Shown here: positions 39,501 through 48,219 of the stretch, one piece after another
Layout: every line of letters starts with the position of its first letter
Numbering within the stretch: the stretch's first letter is position 1
Source of the DNA: an uncultured Verrucomicrobiae bacterium
Lineage (GTDB): Bacteria; Verrucomicrobiota; Verrucomicrobiia; Chthoniobacterales; Chthoniobacteraceae
Length of the DNA stretch: 64,000 nt
Assembly (NCBI GenBank): GCA_963769025.1
Contig: CAVYKI010000006.1
Span: forward strand, 480,001 to 544,000
Direction of reading: 5' to 3'
Made by a program: the position numbers and the translations under genes
The notes under the pieces: model-generated
What the model saw: only the letters and a program-made list of their open reading frames with translations
Database searches by the model: none
What the model was told of the DNA's origin: nothing

Positions 39501-39856
39501 CGTGCCATCGCGTCGGCGCGAACGGTGTGGACTTTGGCCCCGACCTCAGCGCCTTCGGGAGGCAGCAGACGACCGACATCATCGTGCAGGCCATCACCGA
39601 GCCGGGTGCGACGATTTCGCACGGCTACGAGGGCAGCGAGGTGAGGACGAAGGACGGACTCTGCATCACCGGAATGGTGCTGAGCGATGGCGACCCGCTT
39701 ATCATCAAATGCATGGGCGGCCTCGTACAGACGGTGCCGAAGTCGCGCATCAAGTCCGTGACGAAGATGACGCAGTCGCTGATGTACGAGCCCTCGCAGC
39801 TCGGTCTCACCGCGCAGGGCATCGCCGATATCGTGGCTTACCTGAAGAGCCTGTAG
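36596..39856 (+). CDS. PVC-type heme-binding CxxCH protein (NPCBM + beta-propeller dehydrogenase-like + HEAT repeats + cytochrome c)
   Basis: Signal peptide; DWADW and GIGTHG (NPCBM); PEGFEVTLWA, NPTNMDFD, RPSDVCVGPDGAIYVADW; CYTCH...GPDLS. Confidence 0.9.
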   Translation: MKFPLSLHSAFLVATMLVQGETPAHAAPAAPVVNAAAAKPVFETPPMTSRSQPRLLTVDAPLKGAKELYLVVSDESSKSCDWADWLDPKLIMADGTVRDLTSLKWKSATAGSGKVYTGKNAMGSALMVDKKTYTNGIGTHGASIIAYDLPAGVDRLTAEVAIDDGGMIRKGGPSDAAVRFLVFTAAPLPVAISGKRGKAAKPSLTEGPEFVQPGMFTVPEGFEVTLWATSPLLFNPTNMDFDAQGRLYVTEGVNYRGKGGRRSEGDRVVVLEDTTGSGKADKSTVFVQDPNLASPLGVAVLGDKVIVSQPPDLLVYTDVDRDGKFDPKVDKREVLLTGFNGRQHDHSLHSVTAGPDGQWYFNQGNTGAQFTDKSGKTFRMGSPYTASKTAVDPSTVAGMKSDDGNVWVGGFTARMNPDGTGVKIMGHNYRNSYEQTVTSLGDIFQSDNDDPPACRVTAVIEGGNAGFASADGKRTWKADMRPGQTTPIAEWRQEDPGTMPAGDVYGGGSPTGVAFYENGALGEKWNGLLLACEAGKNVVFGYFPKPDGAGFKMERFDFMTSNKEKEFAGSDFLGGGTSVTNELKTLFRPSDVCVGPDGAIYVADWYDPGVGGHGTRDDRYTGSIYRIAPKGFRSVVPKLDLMTTEGQIAALKSPAVNVRNSGFTRLKAQGAKAVPAVAALLDDKNPYIAARAVWLLAQMRDEGVAKVTPLLESKDDTVRLVAFRALRTGNRDVLSMDVKTVDDSSAAVRREVALSLRDFSDVAVRNRWTVQKKVPFDPYLKSLLTLAEKFDGKDRAYLESFGLACKGHEAEVYPMIAHAMGGSAESWSDAFAWLAWRLHPAEAVNDFKTRILSPKLSLEQRKLMLTALAFVPTREAAGAMLEVAHAKDFPMKDLAMWWLLNRKGNDWKPYDVEGGMKALGLYDPDKVKLVAVEMPPMSAGAPKLPPFAEIAKLKGDAKDGQNAIAVCYTCHRVGANGVDFGPDLSAFGRQQTTDIIVQAITEPGATISHGYEGSEVRTKDGLCITGMVLSDGDPLIIKCMGGLVQTVPKSRIKSVTKMTQSLMYEPSQLGLTAQGIADIVAYLKSL

Positions 39857-39890
39857 GGCCGTTCCTGCAAAATTCAGCGCAGATCGCGCG

Positions 39891-40829
39891 TCACTTCACA
39901 AACGTGTCGTAGAGCGCCTGCGCGCGCTTGCGGAATTCCTTGCGCTGATCGTCCGTCGGCTTCGACGTCACGCCTGCCGCGAGTTCGGCTACAAAGCGGT
40001 AGTTCACGGCCAGCGTCTCGCCCTTCTTCAGCGCCTTCGTGAAGAAAAAGCCGAAGCGACCGTAGTCGCGCCAGGAGAGTTCCTCGACCGGATTGGTCGG
40101 GGCGTTCAGGTGGGTGACGTGGTACCAGTGCTTGCCGATGGGGAAGGTGAGCTGCGCCCATTTCATCTCCGTGCTCTTCACCTTGCCGCCCTTGCCGTCC
40201 AGGTCTGGCTCCCATGCGTAGCTGGTCTCGCCTTTGCGATCCCCGACGCTCTTCGATGCGCGGAAATGGATGCCGGCGTGCTGGAGATCGCCGCTGAGCG
40301 TGAGGTCGCGCGCGGGATTCAGCTCGAACTTCGCATCGACCTGCACGGACTTGGGTGCGGGCTGCGAAATGGTGAGCGTGCGCGTTTCGGTGATCAGCAG
40401 TTTGCTGCCGTCCGCGCCGGGCTTGCCGGCGTTCCATTCGATCGTGGCGACGATCGTGGCGGAGTCCTTCCCGGGCTCGAGTTTCTCCAGCTTCTTTACC
40501 GTCATCGTGGAGCCCCCGGTCATGTGCCAGAGATCGAAAGTGCCGAGGTCCGACGCGATTTTATTCCATCCGATGTAGATGCCGCGGTGATGCGGAAACT
40601 GCTGCTTTGGATCCCAGTCATTCAGGCCGTCGCCTTCCTCGCCGTACAGCCGGAGATACGGCTTCACCTGGCCTTCGCCGTAGATGAAGCGTGCGACGAG
40701 CTTCCCGTCGTGGGCGATGTCCACCTTGCGGCCCTCCAGGTCCGTATTGGCGTCGTCTTTGAGCGTCCAATCGGCATGGGCTCCGGCGGTGGCGAGGATG
40801 CAGGCGAGAAGGATGGGGATGCGTTTCAT
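39891..40829 (-). CDS. Exported 'PmoA-family'/DUF6807-like protein
   Basis: Signal peptide; KPYL, FPHHRGIYIGW, WRDYGRFG. Confidence 0.7.
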   Translation of the reverse strand: MKRIPILLACILATAGAHADWTLKDDANTDLEGRKVDIAHDGKLVARFIYGEGQVKPYLRLYGEEGDGLNDWDPKQQFPHHRGIYIGWNKIASDLGTFDLWHMTGGSTMTVKKLEKLEPGKDSATIVATIEWNAGKPGADGSKLLITETRTLTISQPAPKSVQVDAKFELNPARDLTLSGDLQHAGIHFRASKSVGDRKGETSYAWEPDLDGKGGKVKSTEMKWAQLTFPIGKHWYHVTHLNAPTNPVEELSWRDYGRFGFFFTKALKKGETLAVNYRFVAELAAGVTSKPTDDQRKEFRKRAQALYDTFVK

Positions 40830-41037
40830 TTGGAATTGGGCGAGTGATTGAGGATTCGAGACGTGGGAATCGCGAGGCGGCGATTTCGCACTTCGATAGC
40901 CTTTCGCGACCGCCGTGGCCAGCGTGCAAAACTCGCCAAGATCGGCAAATGATGAGAGACCGAATTGGCAGCGAACCTTCAACCCATCCGACCCGATCAA
41001 AGCAGACACACACAACCGTGGACCGGCAGGCCGGCCT

Positions 41038-41595
41038 TTGCTTGTCCTCGCATCCGCGTCGCCGCGCCGCCGCATCCTTCTGCAGGAACATGGCTACGAA
41101 TTCGAGGTCCGGGTCCCGGCAGGCGTGGCCGAAATCGCACCGGCGCACCTTTCCGCCGGGGAGACGGTGCTGGCGAATGCGCGGGCGAAGGCGCGTGCCT
41201 GTCAGGTGAAGCAGCCCAACGAAATCGTGGTTGGCGTGGACACCGAGGTGTTTTTCGAGGGACGCGTACTCGGAAAGCCTGCGGACATGGACGCTGCGTT
41301 CGCGATGCTGCGACGGCTGAACGGGCGCACGCACGAGGTGTATTCCGGCGTGTGGATCGTGGGGCGGGGGAAGGAGCGCGGCTTCGTTGAGGTGACGCGC
41401 GTGCGGTTTCACCGGCGGAGCGATGCGGAGTTGAAGCGCTACCTCGCGCGCATTCATCCGCTCGACAAGGCGGGCGCATACGCGGCGCAGGAGGATCGCG
41501 GGGAGATGATCGCGAGTGTCGTCGGCTCGTTCTCCAATGTCATCGGCCTCCCGATGGAGCGCTTGCCCGTGGAATTGCAGGCGTTCGGCATTTGA
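41038..41595 (+). CDS. maf: Maf family nucleotide pyrophosphatase
   Basis: LASASPRRR, DTEV, GKP, DKAGAY, SNVIGLP; TTG start inferred. Confidence 0.92.
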   Translation: MLVLASASPRRRILLQEHGYEFEVRVPAGVAEIAPAHLSAGETVLANARAKARACQVKQPNEIVVGVDTEVFFEGRVLGKPADMDAAFAMLRRLNGRTHEVYSGVWIVGRGKERGFVEVTRVRFHRRSDAELKRYLARIHPLDKAGAYAAQEDRGEMIASVVGSFSNVIGLPMERLPVELQAFGI

Positions 41596-41702
41596 AACGC
41601 GCAGACGCAGAGGAAGCAGATTCGGGCGCTGAGCCGCACCAAATGGCATCCCGGCATTCCGGTTCGTCTCTTCTCCGCGTCTCTGCGTCTCTGCGTTTCA
41701 AA
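41591..41702. repeat. Inverted-repeat element with ACGCAGAG/CTCTGCGT units (REP/MITE-like)
   Basis: tttgaaacgcgcagacgcagag ... ctctgcgtctctgcgtttcaaa (22-nt arms, 2 mismatches). Confidence 0.7.
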
Positions 41703-41777
41703 ATAGGCCGCACGACCCGCCCGAACACTCCCCATTTACGAGCGCCGGATGCTCGTCTAGCTTCCGCACCCTTCGCC

Positions 41778-43145
41778 ATGCCGAAAGTTTTTCTCAAGAC
41801 CTATGGATGCCAGATGAACGAGCGCGACTCCGAGCAGGTCGCGCGCGATCTCGTCGGTCGCGGCTATGAGCTGACGGCGGAGGAAAAGGCCGCGGATGTC
41901 GTGCTCATCAACACGTGCAGCGTCCGCGACCTCGCGGAGCAGAAGGCGCTCGGAAAGATGGGGCTGCTCGGCCGGCTGCGCGCGAACAAGCCGGAGATGG
42001 TCTTCGGATTTCTCGGCTGCATGGCCCAGAGCCGCGGTGACGAGCTCGTCCGTGACATTGCGCACGTGGATCTCGTCGTGGGCACGCAGAAATTTCACAA
42101 GGTCGCCGACTACGTGGAGCAGCTCCTGCAGCGGAAACTCGCGCTCGGCGAGCGGCTCATGGACGACGCGCGTTTCAGCATCGTGGACATCGCGGAGGAG
42201 CCGGGCTCGCAGGACACGATCCGCGAGCATGTGCTGAAGGAACGGCAGGTGACGGCCTTCGTCAGCATCATGCAGGGATGCAACATGCACTGCACCTTTT
42301 GCATCGTGCCGAGCACGCGCGGCTCGGAGCGCTCGCGTCCCATCGCGGACATAGTGCAGGAAGTCGAGGGGCTCGTCGCGCGCGGCGTGCGCGAGGTGAC
42401 GCTGCTCGGGCAGATCGTGAACCAGTATGGTCGCCACGAGTTCCCGCGCGTCGGGGAAAAGTCGCCGTTCGTCCAGCTTCTTGAAGCGGTGCATGCGGTC
42501 GAAGGGCTGCAGCGGCTGCGTTTCACTTCGCCGCATCCCATCGGTTTTCGCTCAGACCTCGTGGATTGCTACGCGCGGCTGCCAAAGCTCATGGCGCACG
42601 TGCATCTCCCGGTGCAGAGCGGGAGCGACCGCATCCTCAAGGCGATGCATCGCACTTACACGGCGGAGAAGTATCTCAGGCTCGTCGATTCGCTGCGTGC
42701 CGCGCGGCCGGACATCGCCATCACCACGGATGTCATCGTCGGCTTTCCCGGCGAGACGGATGCCGACTTCGAGGCTTCGTGCGAACTCTACCGCCGCGTG
42801 GGTTTCGACAATGCATTTGTCTTCAAATACAGCACGCGCCGGGACACCCCGGCAGCGCTGATGGATGGGCAGGTGCCGGAGGAAATCCGCGATGAGCGCA
42901 ACCGGGTGCTGCTGGCGCTCGTGGATGATTTCGCGCTCAAGAAAAACGAGTTGCTCGTCGGCAAGCGCGTGGAGATTTTGTGCGAAGGGCCGAGCAGGAC
43001 GAATCCCTCGACGCTCTCGGGCCGTTCACCGGGGAACAAGATCGTGATCTTCGAGGGCGGCGAACGCCACGTCGGCCAAGTCTTCGACGTGCAGATCGAG
43101 CGGACGACCGGCTTCAGCCTCTACGGCAATCCCGCGGTGCTCTGA
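41778..43145 (+). CDS. miaB: tRNA-2-methylthio-N6-dimethylallyladenosine synthase
   Basis: TYGCQMNERDS, NTCSVR, GCMAQ, radical SAM CNMHCTFC, TSPHP, IVGFPGET, TRAM domain. Confidence 0.96.
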   Translation: MPKVFLKTYGCQMNERDSEQVARDLVGRGYELTAEEKAADVVLINTCSVRDLAEQKALGKMGLLGRLRANKPEMVFGFLGCMAQSRGDELVRDIAHVDLVVGTQKFHKVADYVEQLLQRKLALGERLMDDARFSIVDIAEEPGSQDTIREHVLKERQVTAFVSIMQGCNMHCTFCIVPSTRGSERSRPIADIVQEVEGLVARGVREVTLLGQIVNQYGRHEFPRVGEKSPFVQLLEAVHAVEGLQRLRFTSPHPIGFRSDLVDCYARLPKLMAHVHLPVQSGSDRILKAMHRTYTAEKYLRLVDSLRAARPDIAITTDVIVGFPGETDADFEASCELYRRVGFDNAFVFKYSTRRDTPAALMDGQVPEEIRDERNRVLLALVDDFALKKNELLVGKRVEILCEGPSRTNPSTLSGRSPGNKIVIFEGGERHVGQVFDVQIERTTGFSLYGNPAVL

Positions 43146-43147
43146 GC

Positions 43148-43549
43148 TCAGCGAGGGCGCTGCGCCTCGTTGGTGCCCTGCAGCACGCGCGTGCCGATGG
43201 CCGCGAGGCCCGCGAAAACCACGAAACCGAGCAGCCCCACGATGTGCAGCGCGAGGAGCACCTTGAACGGCAGCACCGCGAAGATCGCGACCAGCGCCAG
43301 CGCGACCGCCACGAAGAAGTAGATCGTCGCTGCTGCGATGAGCGAGATCTTCGACATCCCGGCGGCCTGTTCGCCGCGCGAAGTACCGCTGAAGGTGAAT
43401 GCAACCCACAGGAAAAGCTCGGACGCTGCGACCGCGCCGATACTCAGCCAGAACGTTTCCGTCCATTGTTCCTGCGGCACGAAGAGCATCGTGATGCCGA
43501 CGGTCGAGGCGATGATTGCGAGGAAGATGAGGGTCCAGATGGCTTTCAT
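43148..43549 (-). CDS. Small 4-TM membrane protein
   Basis: Four hydrophobic segments in 133 aa. Confidence 0.75.
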   Translation of the reverse strand: MKAIWTLIFLAIIASTVGITMLFVPQEQWTETFWLSIGAVAASELFLWVAFTFSGTSRGEQAAGMSKISLIAAATIYFFVAVALALVAIFAVLPFKVLLALHIVGLLGFVVFAGLAAIGTRVLQGTNEAQRPR

Positions 43550-43620
43550 GTTCGTGTGCGGAATGTGGGACCGAGCTGCGGCGCGTGCAATGATGAAGGT
43601 CGCGCGGATTTGTCATTGCC

Positions 43621-43705
43621 CGTAGCCGCCGACGGAAGGAGGCGGGCCATTTCTCACGCGGAACTTGGAGAAAGATCAGCCCGCCTCCTGCCGTCGGCGG
43701 CTACG
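43621..43705. repeat. GTAG-type REP doublet (REPIN-like inverted pair)
   Basis: cgtagccgccgacggaaggaggcggg (43621-43646) and cccgcctcctgccgtcggcggctacg (43680-43705), 25/26 complementary. Confidence 0.85.
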
Positions 43706-44735
43706 TGAGCGCTACGACGGCCTTGATCACGCCGCTTTCGGGCTTCAGCCAGGTGGGGAAGACGTCGATCATGTCGTCAAATCTCGCGTGATGCGTGATC
43801 CACGGGGCGGTGTTGATTTTCCCGTCCTCGATGAGCGAGATGATGCGCGTGAAATCGGGCGGCAGCGCATTCCGCGAGGCCATGATGGTGACTTCGCGGC
43901 GGTGCAATATCGGCGCGTGGAGGAAGCTGACCTCCTGCTGCGTGATGCCCACGTAAACGAGCCGGCCGGCGTAGGCGCAATAGGCGAGCGCGCCCCCCAT
44001 GCTCTTGTTGCTGCCGGTGGCGTCCACGACCACGTCGGCGAGTTGGCCGTTCGTGATTGTGGTGAGTTGCTCAAGCGCCTGCGCTTCGCCGCCGGGGGCG
44101 AGAAGGATCGTGTCGGGCACGCCCATTTTCTCGCGGACGAACTGCAGGCGCGCCGCGTTCATATCCATGACGACCGTGCGCGCGCCGCTGAGCCGCGCGA
44201 ATTCGATCACGGAAAGTCCGATCGGCCCCGCGCCGATGACGAGCACGTGCTCGCCGGGCTGCGGGTTTCCGCGGTTCACCGCATGGCAGCCGATGGCGAG
44301 CGTCTCGACGAGTGCGAGCTGATCGAAGGTGAGCTTGCGCGAGACGTGGAGCTTGCGCGCGGGAACGAGGAAGCGTTCGCACATTCCGCCGTCGCACATC
44401 ACTCCGAGCGTCTTGTGCGCCTCGCAGCAGTTCGAATGGCCGCGGCGGCACGAGTAGCATTTCTGGCAGTTGATGTACGGCTCGACGGAGCAGTGGTCGC
44501 CCGGCTTCACATTCGTCACGCCTTCGCCGACGGAGAGCACTTCGACGCCGAGTTCATGGCCGGGGATGCGCGGGTAGCTGAAAAAGGGCATCTTGCCGAG
44601 GAAGCCCGAGTAGTCCGTGCCGCAGATGCCGATGCGGTGAATGGTGACGACCGCGTCGCCGGGGCCGGGTGCGGGCGGCTCTGCGATTTCGATCTTGCGG
44701 AAGGACTGGGGCTTCTCGAGCTGGATTGCTTTCAT
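43701..44735 (-). CDS. Zinc-binding MDR dehydrogenase (YjjN/LgoD-like sugar-acid dehydrogenase)
   Basis: GICGTD, GHE, CQKCYSCRRGHSNCC, GAGPIG, ASRNA. Confidence 0.9.
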   Translation of the reverse strand: MKAIQLEKPQSFRKIEIAEPPAPGPGDAVVTIHRIGICGTDYSGFLGKMPFFSYPRIPGHELGVEVLSVGEGVTNVKPGDHCSVEPYINCQKCYSCRRGHSNCCEAHKTLGVMCDGGMCERFLVPARKLHVSRKLTFDQLALVETLAIGCHAVNRGNPQPGEHVLVIGAGPIGLSVIEFARLSGARTVVMDMNAARLQFVREKMGVPDTILLAPGGEAQALEQLTTITNGQLADVVVDATGSNKSMGGALAYCAYAGRLVYVGITQQEVSFLHAPILHRREVTIMASRNALPPDFTRIISLIEDGKINTAPWITHHARFDDMIDVFPTWLKPESGVIKAVVALT

Positions 44736-44771
44736 GTGGGGTTGGGAGAAAAGCGGATGCCGGCGTGCGGA

Positions 44772-45989
44772 TCAACGTATTGGCGTCTTCATGTTCGCCA
44801 ACAACTCGCGCGCGCAGGCCTCGGCGAATGGAGCGTCGTTGATCGCGCAGTCGAGTTCGACGACCCGGATGTCCTTGCGCAGCCGCGAAGTGAGCGTGTC
44901 GAAAAGCGCCTCGTCGGCCTCGCCATGCTCGAAAGGCTGGCCCGGTGCGCTGATCACGCTGATGCCGTTCCATGGAAGGAGCACGGTCACCGGCCCTGTG
45001 GAGCGGTTGATTTTCTCGGCGAGAATTTTTCCGAGCTGCTTGCACTCCTCCACGTTCGTCCGCATGAGCGTGACCTGCGGGTTGTGCTGGTAAAAGCGGC
45101 GTCCCTTGAACTTTGCGGGCACCGTCTCGGGTGCGCCGAAGTTCACCATGTCGAGGCAGCCGGGTGCGATGATGGCGGGCGTGCCGGTCTTCGCCGCGGC
45201 GTCCAGGCGTGACGGGCCTGCGGCGAGGACGCCGCCGACGAGTTCGTCCGCCCACTCGGTGGTCGTGATGTCGAGCACGCCAGCGGCCATTCCGCTCTCG
45301 ATGAGGGACTCCATCGTGCGCCCGCCGGTGCCGGTGGCGGCGAAGATGAGCACCTCGAAGCCCGCGCCCTCGACGAGGGCCTTTGCCCGCTGCACGCACT
45401 CGGTCGTGTTGCCAAACATGCTCGCGACGACGATCGGCTTTTCCGCCGCATCCGCCGGCACCTGTGCCTCGACCATTCCGCAAATCGCGCCGGCGGCTCG
45501 CGTGAGGATGGTGCGCGAGATGCGGTTGATGCCGGCGACATCGACGACCGCGGGGAACATCACGATGTCCTTCACGCCGACGTACTGCGCCGTGTTGCCG
45601 CTCGCGAGCGTGGACACCATGAGCTTTGGAAAACCGAGCGGCAGCGCGCGCATCCCGGCGGTCGCGATGGCCGTGCCTCCGCCGCCGCCGAGTGAGATGA
45701 CGCCGTCGATCTTTCCCTCGGTCTGGAACTTCGCAAGCACCGCGGCAGCCGCGCCCGCCATCGCCGCGACGCACTCGCCGCGGTCGTGCCGGGCGATGAG
45801 CGCCGGGAGATCGAGGCCGGCGATGCGCGCGACTTCCTCGCGGGAAATGTCGGGCTTCAGCCGCGGCGGTTGGTCGGTGCCGACATCGATGACGAGGGTG
45901 CCGTGGCCGCGCGCGCGGATTTGTGCGGCGACGAATGCGTGCTCGTCGCCCTTCGTGTCCAGGGTGCCGAGGAGTGCGATGGTGGCCAT
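44772..45989 (-). CDS. Tm-1-like ATP-binding domain protein (UPF0261)
   Basis: GTLDTKGDE, GGGGGT, PKLMVST, SMFGNTT, TGTGGRTME, PGCLDMVNFG. Confidence 0.9.
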   Translation of the reverse strand: MATIALLGTLDTKGDEHAFVAAQIRARGHGTLVIDVGTDQPPRLKPDISREEVARIAGLDLPALIARHDRGECVAAMAGAAAAVLAKFQTEGKIDGVISLGGGGGTAIATAGMRALPLGFPKLMVSTLASGNTAQYVGVKDIVMFPAVVDVAGINRISRTILTRAAGAICGMVEAQVPADAAEKPIVVASMFGNTTECVQRAKALVEGAGFEVLIFAATGTGGRTMESLIESGMAAGVLDITTTEWADELVGGVLAAGPSRLDAAAKTGTPAIIAPGCLDMVNFGAPETVPAKFKGRRFYQHNPQVTLMRTNVEECKQLGKILAEKINRSTGPVTVLLPWNGISVISAPGQPFEHGEADEALFDTLTSRLRKDIRVVELDCAINDAPFAEACARELLANMKTPIR

Positions 45990-46000
45990 GCGGCGCGGAA

Positions 46001-46618
46001 CTACGGCAGTTCCTCGATGGCGATGTCCTTGAAAAAGACCACGGCCTTTGCACCGCCGTGGATTTGCAGCGCGATGAGGCCTTCCTCGGCGATGTCCTTT
46101 TCCTCCTCGGTATAGTCGATGGTCTGCACGCCATTGAGCCAGATCTGGATGCGCTTCCCTTCGCAGCGGATGCGGTAGTCGTTCCAGTCATTGCGGCGAA
46201 GGACCTTGTTGACGGCTTCCATGTCGGATTTCGCGAGGACCTTCTTGCGGCGCGACTCGTCGTAGAGGCAGCCCCACCACGTCGGGTCGCCGATGTCGGC
46301 CTGGTAGCCGAACATTTCGTGCGCGGGCTTTTCCATGCGCACGCTGCGGACCTGGACGCCGGAATTCACGAAGCCCTCGGTGCCGGTGAGCTTGAATTTC
46401 AGCGTGAGGTCGAAATTTCTGTACGTCTTTTTTGCCGAGAGGAATTCATTGCGCGGGACTGTTTCATCGAGCGAGCCGCCGGTGATGCAGCCATCCTGAA
46501 CGCGCCACGTTTTCGCGGTGTCGCCGCTCCAGCCGTCGAGGGTTTTGCCGTCGAAGAGGCTGACGGGTGCGGCGTGGCCGGTGGTGATGAGCGCGATCGC
46601 GAGGAGGATGTGTTTCAT
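46001..46618 (-). CDS. DUF1080 (3-keto-disaccharide hydrolase-like) exported protein
   Basis: LFDGKTLDGW, NSGVQVR, GYQAD, WNDYRI, GLIALQIH. Confidence 0.92.
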   Translation of the reverse strand: MKHILLAIALITTGHAAPVSLFDGKTLDGWSGDTAKTWRVQDGCITGGSLDETVPRNEFLSAKKTYRNFDLTLKFKLTGTEGFVNSGVQVRSVRMEKPAHEMFGYQADIGDPTWWGCLYDESRRKKVLAKSDMEAVNKVLRRNDWNDYRIRCEGKRIQIWLNGVQTIDYTEEEKDIAEEGLIALQIHGGAKAVVFFKDIAIEELP

Positions 46619-46628
46619 AAGGTGCGGA

Positions 46629-47351
46629 CTATTGATGGGGCTGGTTGGGGTCGATGTCGCCGAGGATCTGCCAGATGCGATCCTGCGCGGCGTTGTTGCC
46701 GGCGCTGATCGAGGAGCAGCTCGCGAGCTCGGACTTGAATTTTTCGCGTGGTACCCAGCGTCCGCTGCCGTCGGTGAAGATGACGTTGACGCCGTCCTTG
46801 TGGCGGGAGTCCACGCGAGCGGGCATGCCGACGCCGTCGGCGATGAGGGGAGTGCGTGGGAGGGTGGTGAGGCGGATGGGGACTTCCGGAAAGTCGGACG
46901 TGCCCCAGTCCACGAGCGGGTTGGTGCCGTAGCCGCCCTGCAGGTTTTTGCCGGCCTGGATGGGCCACGGATTTTCCTTGGTATTGTAGGCCTGCGTCTT
47001 GTCCCGCTCGGAGGGGCAGAAGAACCCGCGCGCGTCCTTGGCGCTGTTGCCCGCGAGGAGCTTGCCCAGGAGGACGTATTGGTTCACGGAAGAGGCGTAG
47101 AGCGTGGTGTTGAACTGCTTTTGCCCGAGCCGGTATCCGATGGGAAGCGCGCCGTCATTATCCGCGGCAAAGCCGGAGACGAGGGAGTGCAACTGGCGGA
47201 GGTTCGACATGCAGGCCGCGCGGTTGCCTTGCTCGCGGCTGCGGCCGAGCGCGGTGAGGATGAGCCCGGCGAGGATGGCGATGACCGCGATGACGACGAG
47301 CAGTTCGATCAACGTGAAGGCGGACGGACGCGGGCGGGGGAGGGGGTTCAA
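46629..47351 (-). CDS. Prepilin-type N-terminal cleavage/methylation domain protein
   Basis: [45 protein letters not shown] (H-X9-DG); TTG start inferred. Confidence 0.88.
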   Translation of the reverse strand: MNPLPRPRPSAFTLIELLVVIAVIAILAGLILTALGRSREQGNRAACMSNLRQLHSLVSGFAADNDGALPIGYRLGQKQFNTTLYASSVNQYVLLGKLLAGNSAKDARGFFCPSERDKTQAYNTKENPWPIQAGKNLQGGYGTNPLVDWGTSDFPEVPIRLTTLPRTPLIADGVGMPARVDSRHKDGVNVIFTDGSGRWVPREKFKSELASCSSISAGNNAAQDRIWQILGDIDPNQPHQ

Positions 47352-47460
47352 AGCATGCGCAGTCTGGCGGGCCGCATGCGGGGACTCAAGCGTGCGTTCG
47401 GCGGCGGAGGGACGCAGTTGCGGATTGCAGCGGCGGACGCACCCGGCACAACTGCGCCGG

Positions 47461-48219
47461 ATGCAGCCCGACAACACACGATCCCGGCAGATACTCGGCG
47501 TCCGGTTTTTTACCGGGAGCGTGGAGGAGGCTGTCGCGATCGCGATGCGTGGCGGGTTGGTCGTGGTGCCATCCGCACCGGTGCTGGTGACTGCGGCGGA
47601 AGACCCGGCGACCCAGGCGGCGCTGGTGGGGAGCGATCTGGCGATCACGGACAGCGGGTTGATGATCCTGCTTTGGCTCGCTCTGAAAGGGGAGCGCATC
47701 CCGCGGGTGTCGGGCCTTGCGTATCTGAAGCTGCTGCTCCGCGAACCCGCCGTCCGCGCGCCGGGCGCGACGCTGTGGGTGATGCCGGGCGAGGAGTCGG
47801 CGCGGCGAAATTCCGAGTGGCTGCGGGCGAACGGATGCGCGGTGGAACGGGAAGATTGCTACGTGGCTCCGGCGTACGCCGGCGGCGCGCTGAGCGATCC
47901 GGCACTGCTGGCGGAGGTGCAGAGGCGGAGGCCGGCACACATCATCATGGCGATCGGCGGCGGGGTGCAGGAGCGTCTGGGACATTTTCTGCAGCGGAAT
48001 GCCGGATACCGTCCCGCGATTCACTGCACCGGCGCGGCGATCGGCTTCCTGAGCGGCGAGCAGGTGAGCATCCCCGTGTGGGCCGATCGGTTTTTTCTGG
48101 GGTGGCTGTTCCGGTGCCTCCAATCGCCGTCGCGTTTCATCCCGCGGTATGTGAAGGCGATAAAATTGATTTTCCTTATGCTCCGGTGGCGTGCCACTGT
48201 CCCCGGCTCCACTCCCTGA
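47461..48219 (+). CDS. WecB/TagA/CpsF family glycosyltransferase
   Basis: [41 protein letters not shown]. Confidence 0.85.
   Translation: MQPDNTRSRQILGVRFFTGSVEEAVAIAMRGGLVVVPSAPVLVTAAEDPATQAALVGSDLAITDSGLMILLWLALKGERIPRVSGLAYLKLLLREPAVRAPGATLWVMPGEESARRNSEWLRANGCAVEREDCYVAPAYAGGALSDPALLAEVQRRRPAHIIMAIGGGVQERLGHFLQRNAGYRPAIHCTGAAIGFLSGEQVSIPVWADRFFLGWLFRCLQSPSRFIPRYVKAIKLIFLMLRWRATVPGSTP

Noticed and set aside
39891..40829. Methane monooxygenase
   Set aside because: The family label is misleading; this is a soluble exported protein with no pmoCAB context
46518..48218. N-terminal part of the 1025-aa ORF
   Set aside because: Shadow of the prepilin gene and an alternate frame of the glycosyltransferase
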